DNA from: an uncultured Bacilli bacterium
Lineage (GTDB): Bacteria > Bacillota_I > Bacilli_A > RF39 > UBA660
Direction of reading: 5' to 3'
Assembly (NCBI GenBank): GCA_934167885.1
Contig: CAKPMB010000003.1
Location: 30,890-94,889, forward strand
Length of the DNA stretch: 64,000 nt
Shown here: positions 11,732 to 20,906 of the stretch, piece after piece
Numbering within the stretch: the first letter of the stretch is position 1
Layout: each line of letters begins with the position of its first letter
The notes under the pieces: generated by a model
Told to the model about the DNA's origin: nothing
The model's database searches: none
Seen by the model: only the letters and a program-made list of their open reading frames with translations
Made by a program: the position numbers and the translations under genes

Positions 11732-12076
11732 ATGGCATATAGAAAATTAGGTCGTGATAATAAACATCGTCGTAGTATGCTTGCTACTTTAACGAAAGAA
11801 GTTATCATGAAAGAGAGAATTACAACAACTGAAACACGCGCTAAAGAAGTTCGTAAATGTGTTGATAAAATGATTACTTTAGGTAAACGTGGTGATTTAG
11901 TTTCAAGACGTTCTGCCTTAGCGTTCCTTCATAATGACAAAGAAGTTGTTGATAAAGTATTTAATGATTTAGCAAAACGTTATGAAAAACGTGATGGTGG
12001 ATATACAAGAATTTTAAAAGTTAATGAACGTCGTGGCGATGGTGCATTAATTGATATTATTGAATTAGTAAAATAG
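11732..12076 (+). CDS. rplQ: 50S ribosomal protein L17
   Basis: 114 aa; [20 protein letters not shown]. Confidence 0.98.
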   Translation: MAYRKLGRDNKHRRSMLATLTKEVIMKERITTTETRAKEVRKCVDKMITLGKRGDLVSRRSALAFLHNDKEVVDKVFNDLAKRYEKRDGGYTRILKVNERRGDGALIDIIELVK

Positions 12077-12099
12077 CAGACTTTATGTTTGCTTTTTTT
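12075..12099 (+). terminator. Rho-independent terminator closing the ribosomal super-operon
   Basis: AGCAGAC-tttat-GTTTGCT (7 bp incl. one G-U) followed by T6 at 12094-12099. Confidence 0.6.
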
Positions 12100-13372
12100 A
12101 TGGTATAAGTAATGTCTGCCCAATAGATAAATTATTATTTGTAAGGTTATTTAGTCTTTTAATTTCATCAACACTTGTTCCATATTTGTTGGCAATTTTA
12201 TAAAGACTATCCCCTGGTACAACAGTATAAGTTTTATTATTTTCTGTTGTATTTTTTTTGATAATTAATTTTTGACCGATAGATAGATTATTACTTGTAA
12301 GATTGTTTAATCTTTTAATTTCGTCGACTGTTGTATTAAATTTATTAGCGATTTTATATAAACTATCACCAGCAACGACTGTGTATGTTTCGTTATTTGA
12401 ATTGTTATTGTTGTTATCACTACTATTGTTTTGTTTTATAATTAGTTGTTGACCAATGGATAGGTTATTACTAGTAAGATTATTTAGCCTTTTAATTTCA
12501 TCAACAGTTGTATTAAATTTATTAGCAATTTTATATAAACTATCGCCAGCAACGACAGTGTATGTTTCGTTATTTGTATTGTTATTGTTGTTATCACTAC
12601 TATTATTTTGTTTTATAATTAGTTTTTGGCCGATTGACAGAGTATTACTAGTGAGGTTATTTAATCTTTTAATTTCATCAACAGTTGTATTAAACTTGTT
12701 GGCAATTTTATATAAACTATCACCTGATACAACTGTATGTGTTTCTGAATCTTCAACAGTCATACTAGAACTTGGAATAATTAATTCTTGACCAATGGAT
12801 AGATTGTAGTTTTCAAGATTATTAGCATTTATTATATCGTTAGCTTTAAGACCCATTTTTTTGGCAATAGAGTATATGGTATCACCCTTTTGAACAATAT
12901 AAATATTACTTTTATTTATATATTTGTTTAATGCTTGAAATAATAATTCAACAATTTTTTCTACTAAATTATTTGCTACATTTTCATATCTTATAATGAT
13001 TGATTCGGCATCAGGAGTTTCTCTTATTATTTCATAAAAATCTTTAGATGTGTCATTTGGAAGACGTAATTGATAGTATTTGGCAATATTAAGAATGGTT
13101 TTTAATTCATCATTTATAAGTAATGGAAGGCGGTTATCATAGTAGAGTGAATATATTATTTCACTAACTTGACTATTATTCATCTGATTAGATATAACAA
13201 TAGCATTAGTAGCTTCATCATTAATTTTTTTAACCTTTTCACTAATAGATAATGTATTATCTAAAAAGACAGTATTTATATTGTTATCTTTTAACATTTG
13301 AAATAGTTGTTCACTTATACTTTGACTGATATTGGATTTGTCAACAACATCTATATAAACTGTATAATTCAT
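12098..13372 (-). CDS. Six-LysM-repeat protein with N-terminal degenerate amidase_3-like domain
   Basis: 424 aa, no signal peptide. Residues ~157-424 contain six LysM units (GDSLYKIANKFNTTVDEIKRLNNL..LSIGQ.L.I). N-terminal ~150 aa is laid out like a CwlD/Amidase_3 domain, but I cannot find the metal ligands. Confidence 0.8.
   Translation of the reverse strand: MNYTVYIDVVDKSNISQSISEQLFQMLKDNNINTVFLDNTLSISEKVKKINDEATNAIVISNQMNNSQVSEIIYSLYYDNRLPLLINDELKTILNIAKYYQLRLPNDTSKDFYEIIRETPDAESIIIRYENVANNLVEKIVELLFQALNKYINKSNIYIVQKGDTIYSIAKKMGLKANDIINANNLENYNLSIGQELIIPSSSMTVEDSETHTVVSGDSLYKIANKFNTTVDEIKRLNNLTSNTLSIGQKLIIKQNNSSDNNNNNTNNETYTVVAGDSLYKIANKFNTTVDEIKRLNNLTSNNLSIGQQLIIKQNNSSDNNNNNSNNETYTVVAGDSLYKIANKFNTTVDEIKRLNNLTSNNLSIGQKLIIKKNTTENNKTYTVVPGDSLYKIANKYGTSVDEIKRLNNLTNNNLSIGQTLLIP
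12101..12742 (-). repeat. In-frame tandem DNA repeats (~177-nt units) encoding LysM plus Asn/Ser-rich linkers
   Basis: Near-identical units ET(H/Y)TVV(S/A)GDSLYKIANKFNTTVDEIKRLNNLTSN.LSIGQ.LIIKQNNSSDNNNNN repeated; visible as repeated DNA blocks 12.2-12.75 kb. Confidence 0.85.
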
Positions 13373-13417
13373 TTTTCACCTAAATTATTTTATGCAAAAA
13401 AAAGAAACGTGCGTTTC

Positions 13418-14509
13418 TTAAAACTTAAATATTAACCACTCCGCATTAATTATAAGACATATGCCTATTATTATTAATAAGGCAAGACTTATAATTGATG
13501 TTTTAATTATTTTCTGTTTACTTAAAATATAAGTTAAAATGCTTATTAAAATGATTTTATCAAGAAGATAGAAACTTGTGTATACAAGTAAATATATCAT
13601 GTAACTAGCTTCATTTAAATTACTTATACTTACTAATTCTGACCACATAAGCGGTGGTTTCCAAATTAAATTGTTTTCAACTATACTTATTAATATACTA
13701 ACAATTATCATACTTAGAATCATTATCCAATTTTTGCCTTTAAACAATGGTTCCTTATTTTTTTGTTTATATTGATATAAACTAATAAATCCTAAAGAAA
13801 GAATTGTTATACCAAGAAGTATTTCAATAATTTTCTGGTAATTATTAATTGTTGACCATGACATAATATAAATTAAGTTAATTAAGGCACTTGTTATAAA
13901 ATAAATAATACTGGCTTTAATTTGTTTCTTTCTATCAATAATTAATATAATAATGCCTATAACTAAGAATATTACCCATAAATGATTGGTATTTATACTA
14001 TCATTTATTCCTAAAATAATTGAAGTTAAAAATAATGGTTTATTCTTTAAGTTAATTGTGCCTAAAATAGTTTTTATTTTATATTCTTTTTTTAAATTAT
14101 TGTTATTATTGTCTACTAAACCTAAAATAACACCAGTATTATCAGTGTATGTTATGTTTAGGGCATTATTTATAATGTTAATATATTCATCTTTAATACT
14201 ATCATCATAGCCTATAATATATCTATTTCCAATAATAACTAATGGATATGCTGTTTCATTTATATGAAAGTGTCCCTGCACTTTATTTAACATAATACGA
14301 TTATATATATTTTGATCTTTGGAAGTTTCATATTTATAGTATTTTAATTTATCATTTTCATTTACTAAACTTTTTATAGCATTATCAGCATCATGACAAA
14401 AATGGCATGTTTCACTATAAAATAGATAAATATTAACATTATCATTTGCTAGAACATTTCTTGGAATAAATAGTAGAATAGCTAAAATTAAAATAATGTT
14501 CTTCTTCAT
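13418..14509 (-). CDS. Membrane protein with extracytoplasmic thioredoxin-like CxxC domain
   Basis: 363 aa; signal peptide MKKNIILILAILLF.., SETCHFCHD CxxC motif, then multiple hydrophobic helices. Confidence 0.6.
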   Translation of the reverse strand: MKKNIILILAILLFIPRNVLANDNVNIYLFYSETCHFCHDADNAIKSLVNENDKLKYYKYETSKDQNIYNRIMLNKVQGHFHINETAYPLVIIGNRYIIGYDDSIKDEYINIINNALNITYTDNTGVILGLVDNNNNNLKKEYKIKTILGTINLKNKPLFLTSIILGINDSINTNHLWVIFLVIGIIILIIDRKKQIKASIIYFITSALINLIYIMSWSTINNYQKIIEILLGITILSLGFISLYQYKQKNKEPLFKGKNWIMILSMIIVSILISIVENNLIWKPPLMWSELVSISNLNEASYMIYLLVYTSFYLLDKIILISILTYILSKQKIIKTSIISLALLIIIGICLIINAEWLIFKF

Positions 14510-14607
14510 TTGACCTCCTTAAATTTATTTTATATTGTTTATTCTACCATGCCTTTTGCATTTTTTAAAGAAATATGGTATAATATTGCGAAGTTTTGAG
14601 GTTATTT

Positions 14608-15429
14608 ATGGATGAGATTATTGACATTGTTCGTGAAGCATTAATTAATAAACAAGCTTTAACTAGTTTACAATTAAAGAAAATAATTTATAGTTTTTTG
14701 ACATATTATGAAATTAGTCAATATGTTCAAGATGTTTCAATTGATTATGGTGCAAAAGTTAATCATTTAGCGCATTATGATCTTCTTAATCAAGTTTTAT
14801 ATTTTAATGCTGATGCTATAAATGAAGTGACTTTTTATAATTATAATCATGATAAGGAAATATATAATTTAACATTCCACGAATATACCATTATTCAAAA
14901 TTTAATAACTATTTTTCATGAATTACGTCATGTTATGCAATATGCTATTTATTGCAGTGAGACAACAGATATTATGTCCTTAATAATTAGAGATTGTCAA
15001 AGAAATCGTTTAAAAGAAGATGAAGAAAGTTATCGTAAAAATTATAAAATTAATCCATTAGAACGTGAAGCTTATATATATGCTATTAGATTAACACTTT
15101 TAATTATTTCTAGGTGTCATTATTTTAAAAAGGATGTTTTAACTAAACTTAAGTCTTTTTACTTTCTTAATTTATTTGATGGCTACTTACCACCTGATTT
15201 TTCGGTATGTAATCTAGAAAAATATTATGAGCGAGTAGTTCATGATTTACAATGTTATTATGAATTTGAAAATCACTGTAATGAACTATCAACGTATGAA
15301 AAAATGTCTTTAGGTTTTCCAATTGATGTTAATGATCGTAACAATATTTTTATTGCTAATGTTTTAATAGATAAAGAAGATATTGATTATGCTATAAATG
15401 ATAAGAAGAAGATGAAGAAGCATGAATGA
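14608..15429 (+). CDS. ImmA/IrrE-like (M78-type) HExxH protein, paralog A
   Basis: 273 aa from ATG 14608; FHELRHVMQ (HExxH) followed by PLEREAYIYAI, resembling the E..AN.FA element of ImmA/IrrE; no signal peptide. Confidence 0.45.
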   Translation: MDEIIDIVREALINKQALTSLQLKKIIYSFLTYYEISQYVQDVSIDYGAKVNHLAHYDLLNQVLYFNADAINEVTFYNYNHDKEIYNLTFHEYTIIQNLITIFHELRHVMQYAIYCSETTDIMSLIIRDCQRNRLKEDEESYRKNYKINPLEREAYIYAIRLTLLIISRCHYFKKDVLTKLKSFYFLNLFDGYLPPDFSVCNLEKYYERVVHDLQCYYEFENHCNELSTYEKMSLGFPIDVNDRNNIFIANVLIDKEDIDYAINDKKKMKKHE

Positions 15430-16222
15430 AGTATGTAATATTATTTCAACGGCAATTTCTGAAAAGCGTATTTTAGATAGAATGGATATTTATAATATTA
15501 CATCTATAATCATTAAGTTGTATGATTGTGATAAATATTTAGATAACATTGTAATATCTGATTATTTTGTTCCTAATATTGCTGAGTATTCTGCTTATAA
15601 TAAAGTTATGTCTTTTAATCCTCGTAATATGCTTAATGATAGTATAAGTTTTTGTAATAATCGTCATTATAGTTTAGATTTTAATACTAAGATTTTATTT
15701 CAAATATTTCATCAGTTGGTTATTATTCTTCATGAAATAAGACACGTTATTCAAAATAAAGCGATATCTTCTCAAACAATTAATAATACGAATGATTATG
15801 TATATAAGATGGTTATGTTTGATTGTATAAGAGGGGACTTGAATGAGACTTATAAAAGAAATGGCAACCTTTTTCCAAGTGAAAAGGATGCCAACTTCTT
15901 TGCCGTTAATTTTGTCTTTAATTTATTTAAAACTATGCCGATAAATAATGCTTATTTTCATAGTATATTAAATGATGCCTATTTTTATTATTTATATCAA
16001 GGTTATAATAATTACTTTGGGATGCTTAGAACGTTTTATTGCAATGTTTTATCAAAAGAGAATGTATATAAACATTTGAGTAAGTATTTGAATGAGTTAA
16101 CAACATATAATAAGTTGGGTATTAATGCTAACTTAAATGAAGGGGATGTTCGCTTGTTAAATGAGTTTTTCCAAAATGTTAATAATAGTGACCCAATAGT
16201 TGTATTAAATAAAAAAATCTAG
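15422..16222 (+). CDS. ImmA/IrrE-like (M78-type) HExxH protein, paralog B
   Basis: 266 aa; LHEIRHVIQ and PSEKDANFFAV; colinear with paralog A; ATGAATGA overlap with A. Confidence 0.45.
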   Translation: MNEVCNIISTAISEKRILDRMDIYNITSIIIKLYDCDKYLDNIVISDYFVPNIAEYSAYNKVMSFNPRNMLNDSISFCNNRHYSLDFNTKILFQIFHQLVIILHEIRHVIQNKAISSQTINNTNDYVYKMVMFDCIRGDLNETYKRNGNLFPSEKDANFFAVNFVFNLFKTMPINNAYFHSILNDAYFYYLYQGYNNYFGMLRTFYCNVLSKENVYKHLSKYLNELTTYNKLGINANLNEGDVRLLNEFFQNVNNSDPIVVLNKKI

Positions 16223-17913
16223 TCAGTTGTTTTCTGATTAGATTTTTTAATGTCTAAAATAATTGGTAAAATAATTGGATGACGACCAGTTAAATCGCTA
16301 ATGTAACTTGCAACTTGAATAGCAAGATATGATTTAATATCATTAAATGTTACCGCATTTTCTTTAAGCTTTTCTGTAATAAGTGTGCTTGCTTTGTATT
16401 CTATTTTCTTAATTAATTCTTCACTGCGATTTACTTGAATAAAGCCCCGAGTTGTAATTGTTGGTTTAATTAGTAACTTGTGATTTCGCATATCAATATT
16501 TGCGATAATTACTAGAATACCATCAGCAGCCATTATTTTACGATCTCTTATTACTTGTGTTTGCACTTCTCCAACACGATTTCCATCAATGTATACGTCA
16601 TCTTGTTTAATACTATCACCCTTGGTGATAACACCTTTATCTAGGATTAATGAATCACCATTAGCAAGTAGGAAAGTATTTTTTTTGTTAACACCGCACA
16701 TAATTGAGATATCAGCATGATTTTTTAACATTCGATAATCACCATGGAAAGGTAACATATATTTTGGTTTTAATAAACGAATCATAAGTTTCAACTCTTC
16801 AATATTGGCATGTCCTGATGTATGTATATCGTTTGTATCAGAGTTAGTATATACTTTAACTCCTTTTAAGTATAACTTATTAATTGTTTTACCAATACTC
16901 ATAGCATTTCCAGGAATAGGACTTGATGAGAATACAACAACGTCATCCGGTCTTAATTTAATTGACCGATGCTCACCATCAGCAATTCTTGAAAGCGCTG
17001 CTAATGGTTCACCTTGACTTCCTGTGCAAAGTAAACAGACTTCTTTAGGCTTTAAATTATTTGCTTCTTCGGCACTTATAAATAGTTCTTTATGATTAAT
17101 GTATCCACCTTTAATGGATATTTCAATATTATTTTCCATACTTCTTCCGAAGATACAGATTTTTCTTTTATGATTATAACATGTTTCAACAATATGTTTT
17201 AACCGATAAATATTGGATGCAAAAGTTGCAATAATAATTCTTTCATTAGTATGTTTTTCAAAAATTTCATTTAAAGCTTCATCTACTTTTGACTCTGAAG
17301 CACTAATTCCTTCATTTAAAGCGTTAGTTGAATCACTAACAAGTAATGTTACACCTTCTTTACCAATTTCAGCCATTTTATGTAAATCAGCCATTGGTCC
17401 AATTGGTGTAAAGTCTATTTTAAAGTCTCCAGTTGTAAATATTACACCATCTGGAGTTTTAACACGAATTCCGTGTGAATCAGGAATAGAGTGGGTTGTT
17501 CTAACAAAATCAACAGTAAAGTATTTAAATTTATATACGTCATCGCTATTATAAGTAATAATGTTATCATAGCGTATGTTTTTATCAGCTAGTTTCATTT
17601 TAATTAATTCACTTGCTTGATTTGGAGCGTATATATATGGAATGTTTACACTTTGTAATAAAAATGGTATGCCACCAATATGATCTTCATGTCCGTGAGT
17701 AATAAATAATCCCTTAATTTTACTTTCATTTTCTTTTAAATAAGTATAATCAGGGACAATATAATCAATACCTAAAAGTGACATATCTGCAAAACTAATA
17801 CCAGCATCGATAATAATTATTTCATCATCATGCTCAACTAAATACATATTTTTACCAATTTCACCCAATCCGCCTAAAACAACGAATTTCGTCTTTTGGT
17901 CTTTTTCTTTCAT
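16219..17913 (-). CDS. rnj: Ribonuclease J
   Basis: 564 aa; metallo-beta-lactamase motif ITHGHEDHIGG, beta-CASP region and C-terminal domain in RNase J order. Confidence 0.93.
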   Translation of the reverse strand: MKEKDQKTKFVVLGGLGEIGKNMYLVEHDDEIIIIDAGISFADMSLLGIDYIVPDYTYLKENESKIKGLFITHGHEDHIGGIPFLLQSVNIPYIYAPNQASELIKMKLADKNIRYDNIITYNSDDVYKFKYFTVDFVRTTHSIPDSHGIRVKTPDGVIFTTGDFKIDFTPIGPMADLHKMAEIGKEGVTLLVSDSTNALNEGISASESKVDEALNEIFEKHTNERIIIATFASNIYRLKHIVETCYNHKRKICIFGRSMENNIEISIKGGYINHKELFISAEEANNLKPKEVCLLCTGSQGEPLAALSRIADGEHRSIKLRPDDVVVFSSSPIPGNAMSIGKTINKLYLKGVKVYTNSDTNDIHTSGHANIEELKLMIRLLKPKYMLPFHGDYRMLKNHADISIMCGVNKKNTFLLANGDSLILDKGVITKGDSIKQDDVYIDGNRVGEVQTQVIRDRKIMAADGILVIIANIDMRNHKLLIKPTITTRGFIQVNRSEELIKKIEYKASTLITEKLKENAVTFNDIKSYLAIQVASYISDLTGRHPIILPIILDIKKSNQKTTD

Positions 17914-18040
17914 TCTTCTCCTTTCTTTAATAATAAAGAACTATTAACTTTACAATTATACAATTTTTTTCTTCATTTGTCCAGTGTCCATTTTTTGGAA
18001 GGAAATTGTCTAAAAAAATTAACAAATACTAATATTTTTG

Positions 18041-18070
18041 TTGACAATAAATGATTATTAATATTATATT
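18041..18070 (+). promoter_or_regulatory. Candidate sigma-A promoter for the 18.2-21.8 kb operon
   Basis: TTGACA (18041-18046), 18-nt spacer, TATATT (18065-18070); ~100-nt AT-rich leader to the start codon. Confidence 0.4.
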
Positions 18071-18180
18071 TTAACTATAAGGTATCTTCTGAAATAAAAA
18101 TTTAATAATATATGATTTTTTAGTTATAAAATGCGAGTTTTGATAATATTTTTTAATGTAAATATATGATAAGGAGGTCT

Positions 18181-19431
18181 ATGGAAACGTTTATTTATGT
18201 TAATGCCAAAAAAAATATTGATGATGTTGCGTTTGAGGTTGTTGAAACAAAAGGTATGGGACATCCTGATAATATATGCGATGCTTTAGCGGAGAAGATA
18301 TCAGCCAATTATTCAAAGTATTGTTTATCAAAGTATGGCGTAATATTAAGACATATGATTGATAAATTATCAGTTCTTGGAGGAGGTTCAAAAGTATGGT
18401 TTCAAGGTGGTGAAATAACTTCTCCTATAAGAGTTTTAGTAAATGGTCGTTTTACAAATAATTTTAATAATGATCAAATTGATTATATGAAGATTGTTAA
18501 TAAAACTATTAAGACTTATTTTAAAAAATTATTTCCACTACTTAATGTGGAAAAAGATTTAGTAATAGTTGATAATACGCATCATAATGAAGGACCAGGC
18601 GTTGTTTACAATGATGACGGCACAACTTTAAATGAGCGTAAACGTTTTTTTGAAGTTGTTTCCAAAGAAGATTTACATCGTCATAATAATCATTTTAAAT
18701 GTAATGATACTTCTACAACTGTAAGTTATTATCCTATGAGTAAATTAGAAAAATTAGTTCTTGATATTGAAAAGACATTAAATAGTTCTGAATATAAAAA
18801 GAGAAATCCTTGGACAGGTAGTGATATTAAAGTAATGGGTATTAGAAAAGGTAGTCTTATTGAAATAACATCATGTGTTCCTTTAATATCAAAGTATGTT
18901 TTGAATTTAGATGATTACAAAGAAAAATTAAATAAAATAAAAAAAGATATAGCATCTATAATCGAAAAATATTTTGATGGAAATTATGCAATTTATTTAA
19001 ATACACGTGATAATTACGAAAAAAATGATATGTATATGACTGTTATTGGTAGTGCCATTGAAAGTGGTGATGAAGGAGCGGTTGGTCGTGGTAATCGTCC
19101 GATGGGTTTAATTCCTTTTTCACGTCATTTTAGTATGGAGGCTTCTTGTGGTAAAAATCCTGTATACCATACTGGCAAAATATTCTCTGCTATCGGTAAT
19201 GAAATAAGCAGGGCAATTTATGATAAATATCATGTTGAAAACATTGTTTATATGACTTCTAAAATGGGGGACGAAATGGAAAACCCTTGGAATGTTTCTG
19301 TTGAATTAAATGAAGATGTATCAACAAAGATTCGTGATGGTATTAATAAAATTGTTAATAAATATTTGAAAAAACACTATGATGTAACTAAAAAAATTAT
19401 TAATGGTAAGATAAAACTAAATAACTATTAG
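18181..19431 (+). CDS. Archaeal-type S-adenosylmethionine synthetase (MAT) homolog
   Basis: 416 aa from ATG 18181 (AAGGAGG RBS 18170-18176). Colinear with archaeal MAT as I recall it: ETKGMGHPDNICDALAE, NDTS, GSDIKVMGIRKG, GSAIESGDEGAVGRGNRPMG, SMEASCGKNPVYHTGKIF. Not MetK-like. Confidence 0.75.
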   Translation: METFIYVNAKKNIDDVAFEVVETKGMGHPDNICDALAEKISANYSKYCLSKYGVILRHMIDKLSVLGGGSKVWFQGGEITSPIRVLVNGRFTNNFNNDQIDYMKIVNKTIKTYFKKLFPLLNVEKDLVIVDNTHHNEGPGVVYNDDGTTLNERKRFFEVVSKEDLHRHNNHFKCNDTSTTVSYYPMSKLEKLVLDIEKTLNSSEYKKRNPWTGSDIKVMGIRKGSLIEITSCVPLISKYVLNLDDYKEKLNKIKKDIASIIEKYFDGNYAIYLNTRDNYEKNDMYMTVIGSAIESGDEGAVGRGNRPMGLIPFSRHFSMEASCGKNPVYHTGKIFSAIGNEISRAIYDKYHVENIVYMTSKMGDEMENPWNVSVELNEDVSTKIRDGINKIVNKYLKKHYDVTKKIINGKIKLNNY

Positions 19432-19439
19432 GAGGATTT

Positions 19440-20357
19440 ATGCGAATTATTGATTGTCATAGTCATATAGGTCATGATATTGGGTGCCTAGAAGCAACAA
19501 TTGATAACTATCTTGCTTTATCTTCAAGTGAAAAGATAACCGACGCACTATTAATGCCTGTTCCTAATCAAATAGTTGATGAAAATAAAGATGAAAAACT
19601 TTATTTAAGATGGAAGTTTGATAATGGCATAGTTTATTATTCAGACTATTATAAAAATAGTTTAAATAATCCTTATTTAATAACTAATGAAAAACTATTT
19701 GCTAAAATTAATAATACAAATACCAATATAAATATGCACTTTATTCCACTTATCCATCCACTTCTTGATACATATGATTATTTAGATTATATAAAACAAA
19801 TTTATAAGCCAGTTGCAATTAAAATTCATGGTTTAGCAGCCGGTTTAATGCCTAAAGAATTATACACAAATGAAGCTGCTATAAAGAAATTAAAGTATCT
19901 GGGACTACCTATTATTGTGCATACAGATTATATGCGTAATAAATCTAATACTTTTAATATAAGAGGTGTTAACGATGCCAAAGAGTGGTGTAGATTATTT
20001 AATGATAATGATCTACAAGGATATATCACTCATTGTGCTCGTTTTGAACCAGAAGCGATAAAATTGATAAATGAGTCTAATAATTTGGTTTTAGGCTTAG
20101 GGCCAACTAAATTATTATCATTCGCTAAAGATGAAATGTATTTAGATTTTAAATCTTCAAAAGATTTATTGTTAAAATTAAAAGAATATGTTAAACTTAG
20201 TAAAATTTTATTTGATGTAGATTATAATTGGAATTATAGTGAACCAAATAGAAATGATGTTTTTGACGATAAACCAGTAGAGGATGTTATTGATGTCTTT
20301 AAAGAAGACAAGGGAAAGGTTTTATCCAAGAATGCTGAGCGATTTTTTAGAATTTGA
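19440..20357 (+). CDS. Amidohydrolase-2 family TIM-barrel metal-dependent hydrolase
   Basis: 305 aa; MRIIDCHSHIGHD (HxH), KIHGLAAG, IIVHTDY, ITHCARF in the expected order; GGAGG RBS. Confidence 0.6.
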   Translation: MRIIDCHSHIGHDIGCLEATIDNYLALSSSEKITDALLMPVPNQIVDENKDEKLYLRWKFDNGIVYYSDYYKNSLNNPYLITNEKLFAKINNTNTNINMHFIPLIHPLLDTYDYLDYIKQIYKPVAIKIHGLAAGLMPKELYTNEAAIKKLKYLGLPIIVHTDYMRNKSNTFNIRGVNDAKEWCRLFNDNDLQGYITHCARFEPEAIKLINESNNLVLGLGPTKLLSFAKDEMYLDFKSSKDLLLKLKEYVKLSKILFDVDYNWNYSEPNRNDVFDDKPVEDVIDVFKEDKGKVLSKNAERFFRI

Positions 20358-20369
20358 AGGGAGAAGAAT

Positions 20370-20906
20370 ATGTATTTTAAAAAAATAGAAGGTGAAAAAA
20401 TATATTTATCACCAATTGATGTTAATGATTATGAATTATATGCTAAATGGATGAATGACTATAAAACAAGTCGTTATATAAAACAATATACCAATGTTAT
20501 TAATGCTGCTTCAGAAAAGGAATTTTTAGAAAAATTAGCTGTTACCCCTTATAATTTTGCTATTGTTTTGAAAAATAATGATAAATTAATAGGGAATGTT
20601 AGTTTAGTTAATGTTGATAATATTAATCAAACTGCTGAATTAGGCATTTTTATTGGTGATGATGAAAATAGACATCATGGATATGGAACAGAGGCTATTA
20701 AATTAATGATAAATTATGCTTTTAATTATTTGAATTTAAATAATATCTTCCTTAGTGTATATGCTCTTAACAAAAATGCTTATGAAGCTTATCAAAAAAT
20801 AGGCTTCAAAACCATCGGTGTGCGTCATGAATGTTTTTATTTTGATGGCAAACTTCAAGATGAAATATTTATGGAACTATTAAAAGCTGATTATGAATGC
20901 TTGTGA
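20370..20906 (+). CDS. GNAT N-acetyltransferase, RimJ/RimL-like
   Basis: 178 aa; LSPIDVNDYELYAKWMND.., IGNVSL.., HHGYGTEAIKLMINYAF, typical Acetyltransf_3 layout. Confidence 0.75.
   Translation: MYFKKIEGEKIYLSPIDVNDYELYAKWMNDYKTSRYIKQYTNVINAASEKEFLEKLAVTPYNFAIVLKNNDKLIGNVSLVNVDNINQTAELGIFIGDDENRHHGYGTEAIKLMINYAFNYLNLNNIFLSVYALNKNAYEAYQKIGFKTIGVRHECFYFDGKLQDEIFMELLKADYECL

Noticed and set aside
12101-12742. Regularly spaced near-identical repeats that might suggest a CRISPR array
   Set aside because: The repeats are contiguous, in frame and encode LysM modules. There are no unique spacers and no cas genes.
12456-12791. 111-aa plus-strand ORF with an internal repeat
   Set aside because: It is the antisense reading of the LysM tandem repeats. 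Its repetitiveness simply mirrors the real minus-strand gene.
16805-17554. ORFs 16805-17017(+) and 17213-17554(+)
   Set aside because: They are antisense to RNase J and have no RBS. The ORFs at 13986-14210, 18200-18391, 22743-23162, 24817-25008, 26848-27060, 27872-28072, 28745-28948, 42141-42353, 47320-47532, 55326-55652, 57536-57901, 59227-59415 and 60918-61112 are rejected on the same logic.
17914-18180. Possible riboswitch in the ~100-nt leader of the MAT-like operon, and likewise upstream of purA (43668-43764)
   Set aside because: Both regions are almost pure A/T, with no conserved riboswitch core such as SAM-I or purine motifs and no stable helices visible.
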